Shown here: piece after piece, positions 15,609 to 22,920 of the stretch
Numbering within the stretch: the first letter of the stretch is position 1
Layout: every line of letters begins with the position of its first letter
IMG/VR virus record: IMGVR_UViG_3300017766_000977
Coordinates: 1-29,835 of that record
DNA from: a virus
Lineage: Duplodnaviria > Caudoviricetes
Strand: one strand, 5' to 3'
Length of the DNA: 29,835 nt
Notes under the pieces: generated by a model
The model's input: only the letters and a program-made list of their open reading frames with translations
The model's database searches: none
Told to the model about the DNA's origin: nothing
Made by a program: the position numbers and the translations under genes

Positions 15609-16779
15609 GCTAGACAAGGATAAGTATCAAAAGCTTTTAAAATCTATTCAAGATTTACCACAAATGCTTGAATATAGGCCTATTGTGGTCAATTCGGATA
15701 TGGTTGTACTTGGCGGCAATATGAGACTAAAGGCATTAAAGGAATTGAAATACAAAGAAGTGCCTATTATTATAGCTGATGAGTTAAGCGAGGATCAGCA
15801 AAAGGAATTTTTGATTAAAGACAACCTTGGGTATGGGGTATGGGACTGGGATATGATTGCAAATGAATGGGATTTGCCTTTGCTTGAGGATTGGGGTATG
15901 GATTTGCCGACAGACTTTACAACTCAAGAAGAGTTAGAAGCCGTTGAAGATAATTTTGATGTACCAGATGAGGTTCAAACGGATATTGTACCTGGCGACT
16001 TATTTGAAATTGGTAAACATAGATTGTTATGTGGGGATTCAACTGACAGTGATGCAATAGCAAAATTAATGAATGGCAAAATAGCAAATTTATCATTTAC
16101 GAGTCCTCCATATAATGCAGGTAAAAGCGAAGCTTTGAGTGGGAATACACATACAACAGACAATAAATATAATGAATACAATGACAATCAAACTCAATCT
16201 GATTATTTAGACTTGCTTATTGGGTTTACAAATAATGCTTTAATGAACTCTGAATATTTAATTTGTAATATACAAAGTTTAGCAGGGAATAAAATAGCTT
16301 TGATTGAATATTTGTATCAATATAAAAATCAGTTTATAGATGTTGCAATCTGGGATAAAGGACACGGCGCTCCAGCAATGGCGGAGAATGTAATGACAAG
16401 CGCTTGGGAGTATATGTTTTTTATATCATCAAAAGAAAATGCGTCAAGAGCAATACCAAATGGTAATTTTAGAGGGACTGTGCCAAATATATATAGAGGT
16501 AAACCGCAACGCAACAATGAATTTTCAAATGTACACGCTGCAACATTCCCAATAGATTTACCAGAATGGGCATTGCAATTTACAACTGAAGGGGATATTA
16601 TACTTGATCAATTTTTGGGGACTGGGACTACAATGGTAGCTGCTCATCAAATGAAACGAAATTGCTATGGGATGGAACTTGATCCGAAATATTGCCAAGT
16701 AATAATTGACCGAATGATTAAACTTGATCCAAGCATTAAGATTACAAAGAACGGAAAACCATATGCGAAACCACACTAA
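15544..16779 (+). CDS. ParB-N domain fused to an N6-A/N4-C DNA methyltransferase (beta-class motif order)
   Basis: NPNNPR...RPIVV...GGNMRLKAL; then HRLLCGDS, catalytic TSPPY, H.ATFP, DQFLGTGTT and GMELDPKY. Confidence 0.9.
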   Translation: MKSKIKLIPIKEIKENPNNPRKLDKDKYQKLLKSIQDLPQMLEYRPIVVNSDMVVLGGNMRLKALKELKYKEVPIIIADELSEDQQKEFLIKDNLGYGVWDWDMIANEWDLPLLEDWGMDLPTDFTTQEELEAVEDNFDVPDEVQTDIVPGDLFEIGKHRLLCGDSTDSDAIAKLMNGKIANLSFTSPPYNAGKSEALSGNTHTTDNKYNEYNDNQTQSDYLDLLIGFTNNALMNSEYLICNIQSLAGNKIALIEYLYQYKNQFIDVAIWDKGHGAPAMAENVMTSAWEYMFFISSKENASRAIPNGNFRGTVPNIYRGKPQRNNEFSNVHAATFPIDLPEWALQFTTEGDIILDQFLGTGTTMVAAHQMKRNCYGMELDPKYCQVIIDRMIKLDPSIKITKNGKPYAKPH

Positions 16780-17023
16780 AATTTATATGGATTATTTTGG
16801 GTATGATACATCGGACTTCATACCCTGCGAAGTCTGTGAAGCCAGAGCAACTGACATCCATCATATTGAAGCCAGGGGAATGGGGGGAAGAACTTCAAAG
16901 GATAATATATTTAACTTGATGGCACTTTGTAGGCCTTGCCATATTGAGTACGGTGATATAACAGACTGCAAAGAAGACTTACAAAAGATACACAAACTCC
17001 GAATGGATATAGGCAAGATTTGA
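16763..17023 (+). CDS. HNH endonuclease
   Basis: CEVC...DIHHI...NLMALCRPCH; likely start ATG 16763. Confidence 0.85.
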   Translation: MRNHTKIYMDYFGYDTSDFIPCEVCEARATDIHHIEARGMGGRTSKDNIFNLMALCRPCHIEYGDITDCKEDLQKIHKLRMDIGKI

Positions 17024-17050
17024 AATTGTAAAAATAAAATGATACATTTG
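17019..17050 (+). promoter_or_regulatory. Host-type promoter
   Basis: TTTG-N20-TACATTTG. Confidence 0.78.
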
Positions 17051-17057
17051 CATCAAT

Positions 17058-17213
17058 ATGAAAAAATTAACACCACTAACCACAAGAACCTTGGACTATC
17101 TCCAAGAGAAAAACATTAACCCAATCAAATTTTCAGAATGGCTGAACTACATCAAGACAGAGAACAAGGCGAGGTATATGACTACATTAACCCAAACCAC
17201 TATAAAACACTAA
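17058..17213 (+). CDS. Small hypothetical protein (51 aa, MKKLTPLTTRTLDYLQEK...)
   Basis: First ATG after the promoter; read manually. Confidence 0.5.
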   Translation: MKKLTPLTTRTLDYLQEKNINPIKFSEWLNYIKTENKARYMTTLTQTTIKH

Positions 17214-17386
17214 ACAAAGAAGTCTGGGAAATGATGGTTGATATCTGGGGCAAAGATGCGTTTAAATTACACTGCCAAATGTGTGCGTTTAAATATCGTA
17301 TGCGATTAGGCAATAAACCAAATCAACCTATTGACCAAGATTTAAAAAAAGCTCAATGGTATGAACAAAAAATAAAAGAGTTATGA
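17138..17386 (+). CDS. DUF3310/SaV-like protein (T7 gp1.7-related)
   Basis: DYINPNHYK...FKYRMRLGNK...DLKKAQWY. Confidence 0.75.
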   Translation: MAELHQDREQGEVYDYINPNHYKTLNKEVWEMMVDIWGKDAFKLHCQMCAFKYRMRLGNKPNQPIDQDLKKAQWYEQKIKEL

Positions 17387-17676
17387 AAAAACAACAAACA
17401 AACCATACTGGTAACACCAACAAAATGGTTACGGCAGTAGATTGGCTAATTAATGAGTTAGAAGAACAAAACATAATTAAATTAGATAAAAATAAAACTG
17501 TATTGTTTAGTAAAAACTTTGCAACTCGTTATGAATTAATAATACACGAAGCCAAAGAAATGGAAAAAGAGCAGATTAAAGATGCGTATTTTAATTGTGC
17601 TTGTGATATACTTTGTAATCCAATTGGTAGAGAAGAAAAGGCAGAAAAATATTACAACGAAACTTATGAAAATTAA
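17383..17676 (+). CDS. Hypothetical protein
   Basis: TAVDWL...AKEMEKEQIKDAY...AEKYYNETY; ATGA-coupled to the upstream gene. Confidence 0.7.
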   Translation: MKKQQTNHTGNTNKMVTAVDWLINELEEQNIIKLDKNKTVLFSKNFATRYELIIHEAKEMEKEQIKDAYFNCACDILCNPIGREEKAEKYYNETYEN

Positions 17677-17803
17677 AACTGGCAAGTGGTATACTTGTAT
17701 TTATATATGGCCGTCTCTTATATTAGACTATGAGGAAAACGAAGTAATAATCAACTTGTCATTCCTTATTTATTGGATTGAACTAACCATAAAGCTAAAA
17801 TGA
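17666..17803 (+). CDS. Small hydrophobic hypothetical protein (45 aa)
   Basis: Likely start ATG 17666; its stop overlaps the terS ATG. Confidence 0.5.
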   Translation: MKIKTGKWYTCIYIWPSLILDYEENEVIINLSFLIYWIELTIKLK

Positions 17804-18162
17804 ACGCACTACAAAAACAACAAGAAGATAGAAAAGAGGCATTCCTAAAAATACTTGAAGGTCAACTTGGTATAATAAGCCAGGCTGCCAAAAAAATGGA
17901 TTTGGATAGAACAACGCCTTACCGATGGATGAGGGAAGATGAGTTGTTTGCAGAGAAGGTTCACGAGATACAAAACTTGGTTTTAGACTTTACCGAATCA
18001 AAATTGCTTGAGCTTATCAGGGATGGTAATCCAACGGCTATTATCTTTATGCTCAAAACAAAGGGTAAGGACAGAGGCTATATTGAACGCAAGGAGATTA
18101 CTGGAATGAACGGCAAAGCTTTAGATATTAATATTGAAGTTATCAATAAACTTGAAGAGTAA
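17800..18162 (+). CDS. terS: Terminase small subunit
   Basis: HTH (ISQAAKKMDLDRTTPYRW), AIIFMLKTKGKDRGYIER; directly before terL. Confidence 0.82.
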   Translation: MNALQKQQEDRKEAFLKILEGQLGIISQAAKKMDLDRTTPYRWMREDELFAEKVHEIQNLVLDFTESKLLELIRDGNPTAIIFMLKTKGKDRGYIERKEITGMNGKALDINIEVINKLEE

Positions 18163-19303
18163 TTGTGTATTTGCCCATTTAGAGCAAAGCACAAAGCGTT
18201 TTACAGTCGAGCAAGGAGGTACTCGTTCTGGGAAGACTTACAACATCCTTATTTGGATAATATTCAAGTATTGCTTAACAAATCAGAACAAAATAATATC
18301 AATAGTAAGAAAGCACGGTCCAGCTTTGCGAGGATCAGTGATGAGGGATTTTTTTGAGTTACTCCGCAAATATGATTTATACAATGAAGAGGATCACTAT
18401 AAGTCTGTAAACGAATACCACTTAAATTCCAATGTAATTGAGTTTGTCAGCTTGGATGAACCGCAAAAGATTAGAGGTCGCAAAAGGCACTTACTGTTTG
18501 TCAATGAGGGCAACGAGCTTAAATATGAAGACTTCTTCCAACTAAACATAAGAACAACGGACAAGGTTATTATTGACTTCAATCCGTCTGAAGAATATCA
18601 CTGGCTTTATGATAATATCATCCCAAGGCCCGATTCGGAGTTCTTTGTAACCACATATAAGGACAATCCATTCCTTGATGCTAACTTGGTAGCTGAGATT
18701 GAACGCTTAAAAGATGTCGACGAAACATACTGGAGAATCTATGGACTTGGCCAAAAGGCACAATCTAAACTATTGGTATTTAATTATGAGGAGATTGCCA
18801 ATATCCCACAAGAAGCTCGATTCATTGCCTATGGTTTAGACTTTGGGTATACTCAAGATCCTACGGCATTGGTTTCTGTTTACCTTTATGACGACAAGAT
18901 TTACCTTGATGAGCATATATACCAGAATGGAATGACCAATAAAGACATAGTGGATGTGATGAGGTCGCTCAATATAGATAGGCGAGTAAACATATTCGCC
19001 GATAGCTCTGAACCGAAGTCCATTAATGAGATTCATTCGTTTGGATTTAATGTAAAGCCAACGGCTAAAGGCCCAGACAGTATAAATATTGGCATTGATA
19101 TGATGCGAAGGTATAAGATACACATCACTACACGATCAACCAATCTTATTAAGGAGTTTAGAAACTACAAGTACATTCAGGACAAGGATGGCAAGGCAAC
19201 TAATAGGCCAGTTGATGCTTTTAACCACGGCATTGATGCTTCAAGGTATGCTATATTTAATTCATTTAACCGTCCTAACTACGGCAAATATTCAATCAGA
19301 TAA
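18134..19303 (+). CDS. terL: Terminase large subunit, PBSX/SPP1-like
   Basis: Walker A QGGTRSGKT, Walker B LFVNE, DFNP, nuclease GLDFGY..DP, ADSSEP and NHGIDASRY. Start is TTG at 18134 or 18152. Confidence 0.95.
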   Translation: MKLSINLKSNCVFAHLEQSTKRFTVEQGGTRSGKTYNILIWIIFKYCLTNQNKIISIVRKHGPALRGSVMRDFFELLRKYDLYNEEDHYKSVNEYHLNSNVIEFVSLDEPQKIRGRKRHLLFVNEGNELKYEDFFQLNIRTTDKVIIDFNPSEEYHWLYDNIIPRPDSEFFVTTYKDNPFLDANLVAEIERLKDVDETYWRIYGLGQKAQSKLLVFNYEEIANIPQEARFIAYGLDFGYTQDPTALVSVYLYDDKIYLDEHIYQNGMTNKDIVDVMRSLNIDRRVNIFADSSEPKSINEIHSFGFNVKPTAKGPDSINIGIDMMRRYKIHITTRSTNLIKEFRNYKYIQDKDGKATNRPVDAFNHGIDASRYAIFNSFNRPNYGKYSIR

Positions 19304-19352
19304 AAATTATTAGCCTAAAAATCAAACAGTTACAAAAAATATCATTATTTGT

Positions 19353-19383
19353 ATTGTAAATTCAAAATACAACTGTATCTTTG
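19353..19383 (+). promoter_or_regulatory. Host-type promoter of a moron-like cassette
   Basis: ATTG-N19-TATCTTTG in an intergenic gap. Confidence 0.7.
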
Positions 19384-19405
19384 TGCTATCAAATAAGAAA
19401 AAAGT

Positions 19406-19648
19406 ATGAAAAAATTTGCATTAACAAACGAAACTAAAAAAGACAATCAAAGCGTTTACACTTATGTGTGCGAGAATGACACCATCACTTTTATGATGCA
19501 CCCAACTGAAGCTTTTAAATTTATCATTGAGGCCTCTAATATGACTAAAAAAGCCTACAATAACTTTTTAGAATCTTGGATGGTTCACGCAATGGATGAA
19601 TCAACCAAAACTTTTGCAGAGAAAATCCAATCAATCACAGTAATATGA
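19406..19648 (+). CDS. Hypothetical protein (cassette gene 1)
   Basis: 80 aa after a promoter. Confidence 0.7.
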   Translation: MKKFALTNETKKDNQSVYTYVCENDTITFMMHPTEAFKFIIEASNMTKKAYNNFLESWMVHAMDESTKTFAEKIQSITVI

Positions 19649-19746
19649 AAAACCTATTAAAAAACATCGCATTACACCTATTTAACGCCATTATGATTAC
19701 GGCATTAGCACTTGGCACTTTAATCGCTATTATTGAAAGATTATGA
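19645..19746 (+). CDS. Small membrane peptide (33 aa, cassette gene 2)
   Basis: MKNLLKNIALHLFNAIMITALALGTLIAIIERL; ATGA overlaps at both ends. Confidence 0.65.
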   Translation: MKNLLKNIALHLFNAIMITALALGTLIAIIERL

Positions 19747-19994
19747 AACTAAACGAAGACAATTGCCCATCGCACGATTTATACGAACTCGAGGACTTTG
19801 TTGAAAGCCATTTCAATGACTGCGACGAGAAAATTAGAGAAGAGGCTATATATATCCTTGAGACATTAAAGGAAGATATTTACTACGGCACTGGGAATGC
19901 CCATAGGGTTATAATTGAGGCCCACAATAAAATAGTTGACTTATTCAACAAGTATGTCGACACAGATAGTTTCGGAGACCATTCAATATTCTAA
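19743..19994 (+). CDS. Acidic hypothetical protein (cassette gene 3)
   Basis: 83 aa, very D/E-rich; followed by a terminator. Confidence 0.7.
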   Translation: MKLNEDNCPSHDLYELEDFVESHFNDCDEKIREEAIYILETLKEDIYYGTGNAHRVIIEAHNKIVDLFNKYVDTDSFGDHSIF

Positions 19995-20017
19995 GGGGGC
20001 ATTAAAGCCCCTTTTTT
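19993..20017 (+). terminator. Intrinsic terminator
   Basis: GGGGC-ATTAAA-GCCCC followed by T6. Confidence 0.85.
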
Positions 20018-20018
20018 C

Positions 20019-20047
20019 GTAACAAAAGGCTATTTTTAGGTTTTATT
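20019..20047 (+). promoter_or_regulatory. Putative phage late (ECF-like) promoter
   Basis: GTAACAA-N14-GTTTTATT, 35 nt before ATG 20054. Confidence 0.7.
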
Positions 20048-20053
20048 TCCTAT

Positions 20054-20776
20054 ATGGAGAGAAGCCTAATCGTACCAACAAGTTTAAAAGATATTAAGTT
20101 GCATCAGTATTTGGAGTTTGAAAAGCTCCCAGAGACATTGAGCGACTTTGACCGTGCAATCCAAACCATTTCTATATTCTGCGAGATTAATACGCACGAA
20201 ATCAAAAAGATTCCTTACAAGACACTTGAGGAAATCCTAAACAACATTAAAGAAGCTTTGTCGGATGATCCTGGTTTGATAAGGACATTTGAGCTTAATG
20301 GTATTAAATACGGATTTATTCCAAATCTTGATGAGATAACAACTGCTGAATTTATTGACATAGACAATTACCAAAAAGAAAGGGACAATCTATACAAGAT
20401 AATGTCGGTTTTGTATAGGCCAATCAAACAAGATGATGGCAAACACTATACAATTGAAGCTTACAATGGTAAAATAAACGAGGATTTTCAAGAAATTCCA
20501 ATGGCATATGTAAAAGGTGCGATGCTTTTTTTTTGCAATTTAGGAAGCGACTTAGTGAGCTATATTCTGAAGTCTTTAGCGGAGGAGAATCCGAAGGACT
20601 CGCAAATGCGGGAGTTTCAGCGTTCAGTAAAAAATGGGGATGGTACGGCTTTGTTTACGGACTTACTAACGGAGACATACTCAAAACTGATGCTGTGGTA
20701 TGCCTCCCTATACACAAGACATTACTGTGGCAAAGTTATGTACTCGATCTTCAAGAAGTTCAAAAATCAGAATTAA
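20054..20776 (+). CDS. Probable tail assembly chaperone, 0-frame product (240 aa)
   Basis: First gene of the tail operon; contains a T9 slippery run at 20526-20534. Confidence 0.65.
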   Translation: MERSLIVPTSLKDIKLHQYLEFEKLPETLSDFDRAIQTISIFCEINTHEIKKIPYKTLEEILNNIKEALSDDPGLIRTFELNGIKYGFIPNLDEITTAEFIDIDNYQKERDNLYKIMSVLYRPIKQDDGKHYTIEAYNGKINEDFQEIPMAYVKGAMLFFCNLGSDLVSYILKSLAEENPKDSQMREFQRSVKNGDGTALFTDLLTETYSKLMLWYASLYTRHYCGKVMYSIFKKFKNQN

Positions 20777-20799
20777 ATAAAACAAATGCAAAAAGATAA
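20527..20799 (+). CDS. -1 frameshift extension of the tail assembly chaperone (fusion ~248 aa)
   Basis: T TTT TTT heptamer at 20527-20533; the -1 frame (LQFRKRL...KKWGWY...) is open for 88 codons with no ATG and overlaps the next gene's start. Confidence 0.72.
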   Translation, partial: FFLQFRKRLSELYSEVFSGGESEGLANAGVSAFSKKWGWYGFVYGLTNGDILKTDAVVCLPIHKTLLWQSYVLDLQEVQKSELNKTNAKR

Positions 20800-21280
20800 A
20801 AATCATATTGGTACTGCACTGGCGTTCTGTAAAGATGTGGCAAACGAAATGGGTGCAAGATATTCCCACGGTAATATTACCGAAATGAATATGCGTTCAA
20901 TGTTGGTTTATCCTTATATGCACACTAATGTAAGCCAAGTTAGTCTTGATGAGGTTATGGCAACCGTCCAGGTAAACATTATGATTGCTGATCGTGTAAA
21001 TACTATTACAACCGAAAATCAAGGCTTAAACCAAGAAACGCTTTATTCAGAAATAGGGTATACAGAAAATAACAACTATGCAATGGTGCTTCAACAGTTA
21101 TATGTTGACTTCGCAATTGCTTGTCGCAAATATGAAGAGCTTTACTACAATGCTCTGGAGATTCAAAAGCCTATTCAATTAACTGCATTTGAGGAGACTT
21201 ACGACGATGTAATAGCTGGATATACAATCACATTAAATATAGATGTAGCAAACCCAATTGTAACTGATGGATACTGTTAA
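20786..21280 (+). CDS. Probable tail terminator/neck protein
   Basis: 164 aa acidic alpha/beta protein with a YP motif and terminal GYTITLNI strand; tail-operon position. Confidence 0.55.
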   Translation: MQKDKNHIGTALAFCKDVANEMGARYSHGNITEMNMRSMLVYPYMHTNVSQVSLDEVMATVQVNIMIADRVNTITTENQGLNQETLYSEIGYTENNNYAMVLQQLYVDFAIACRKYEELYYNALEIQKPIQLTAFEETYDDVIAGYTITLNIDVANPIVTDGYC

Positions 21281-21809
21281 CACCAATAAAGTTTTAAGGG
21301 AAGTTGTAACATTCCAGGCTAACCAAATGAAAATCAATTTGGGGGCTAAAGTATTAAGAAAAACTTATAGAGCTGAATGGCAAAATGGGAGACCTAAAAA
21401 TATTAGTATAAAATCAATCAGAGCTAACCATACCGCATCTGGTCAATTAGTAAATAGCATCAAGCCAGTCTATGTGCAAGGGAAATATTTTGTTGAGATG
21501 GCGGACTATGGTAATTATGTTAATGACGGCAGAAAGCCAGGCAAGGGCATACCAGTTGATCAGATGGACAAATGGATTGGTCAAAAAAGACTAAAGCCAA
21601 GAAATACAAAGAGCGGTGAATTTTTAAAGAACACAAAAAACAATAGGAAGGCAATGGCTTTTTGTATGAATCGAAAAATCAAATTTTTTGGTATTGAAGC
21701 TTACCCATTTATTGATATGAGCGTTGATATAACAGAGGATAGATTTGCCAATAAATTAAAAGAGGCAATTGAGCAAGATGTTGCAGATAATTTAAATAAA
21801 ATACTATAA
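21267..21809 (+). CDS. Probable tail completion protein (HK97 gp10/lambda Z-like role)
   Basis: Basic; ASGQLVNSI, DYGNYVNDGRKPG, GI...PFI. Confidence 0.6.
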   Translation: MDTVNTNKVLREVVTFQANQMKINLGAKVLRKTYRAEWQNGRPKNISIKSIRANHTASGQLVNSIKPVYVQGKYFVEMADYGNYVNDGRKPGKGIPVDQMDKWIGQKRLKPRNTKSGEFLKNTKNNRKAMAFCMNRKIKFFGIEAYPFIDMSVDITEDRFANKLKEAIEQDVADNLNKIL

Positions 21810-21810
21810 A

Positions 21811-22920
21811 ATGGCTATAAGCTTAACCGTACAACCGAGCAGTATAAAAGGGGCATTGTCATCAATGCTATATCAAGCGTATGATACTGACTACGCTCAA
21901 CCTAATTTCATTTATCAATACAAAATCTATGTTTGGAGTGGCACGACTACCATACCAGCTTCACCAATAGCGGAAATAAATAGGCTTCCAGACACTTATG
22001 CTGGCAATAGAAGTTGGATTGATATTTCTAAAATTGTAACTCAATATATAAGCGACAATTTTTTAACCATTGGAGCATCCACATCAACCATCGGAAGTGC
22101 TGCGGTTTATTGTGCAGTAAAGGTTAACGGATTTTGGGGCGGTGGTTCATCGTCTCCAGTAACAAGTAATGTCATTTTAGCCACTAAAGGATACGAGTAT
22201 ACACTTGAAGGGTTTAATCAGGCGACAACAAAGAGAGTTTTGACTGACAGAACAACAGTATACCTTACCACAGAAACTCAATACGATTATATTTGGTACG
22301 ATGCGACTAAAATAACAAGCATAGTTTGTGGCACAAGCACCATAACTCCAACTGCGGTTACCAATTCAAGCACTTACATTCAAGCGGTTGAGCTAAAACA
22401 ACTAATTACGGCTGGAGGAATCTGGGGGAATGATATCAATATCGTATTCAATTACTCAACTGGATCGGAAACCATAAGCGTCAAGTTTGATTGCCCTAAT
22501 AAATACGGCACTACAACCATCTTATTCAAAAATAGATACGGAGTTATTGAGGGGTATTCATTTAATGCAGTGAGCAAGGTTGCAATGACAACCACAAAAG
22601 AGGAATATTACAAAGGCATTTACGCACAAACTAATATGGCAGAGGCCTGGACTTATGGCGTTGGGATCAAAACACATTACAATATTCAAGGGGTATATAA
22701 GCAACTTGCAAATACTAACTGGGTGCCAGAGGCTTATGTTGATTATTTCCAACAGTTGCTTTTAAGCTCTGCGGTTTATGTTTATTACAATGCTAAAACC
22801 TACGCTTGTCAGATCGTGGATTCGGCCTTTGATAAAAAGACGGCTAAAAACGACAAGCTTATTATGTATACATTTAATTTTGAATACGCTCAACCACTAA
22901 TCAATAGCATAGTAAGATAA
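21811..22920 (+). CDS. Tail structural protein (distal tail-like)
   Basis: 369 aa, beta-rich, F.NRYG..E.Y.F; precedes the hub-like gene. Confidence 0.55.
   Translation: MAISLTVQPSSIKGALSSMLYQAYDTDYAQPNFIYQYKIYVWSGTTTIPASPIAEINRLPDTYAGNRSWIDISKIVTQYISDNFLTIGASTSTIGSAAVYCAVKVNGFWGGGSSSPVTSNVILATKGYEYTLEGFNQATTKRVLTDRTTVYLTTETQYDYIWYDATKITSIVCGTSTITPTAVTNSSTYIQAVELKQLITAGGIWGNDINIVFNYSTGSETISVKFDCPNKYGTTTILFKNRYGVIEGYSFNAVSKVAMTTTKEEYYKGIYAQTNMAEAWTYGVGIKTHYNIQGVYKQLANTNWVPEAYVDYFQQLLLSSAVYVYYNAKTYACQIVDSAFDKKTAKNDKLIMYTFNFEYAQPLINSIVR

Noticed and set aside
15544-16779. ParB domain as evidence of a plasmid-prophage partition system
   Set aside because: It is a ParB-N/methyltransferase fusion common near terminase genes, and no ParA ATPase was found.
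7371-18357. Alternative-frame plus-strand ORFs 7371-7565, 7587-7778, 10506-10739 and 18163-18357
   Set aside because: They are nested in better-supported genes with no motif, slippery site or coupling evidence.
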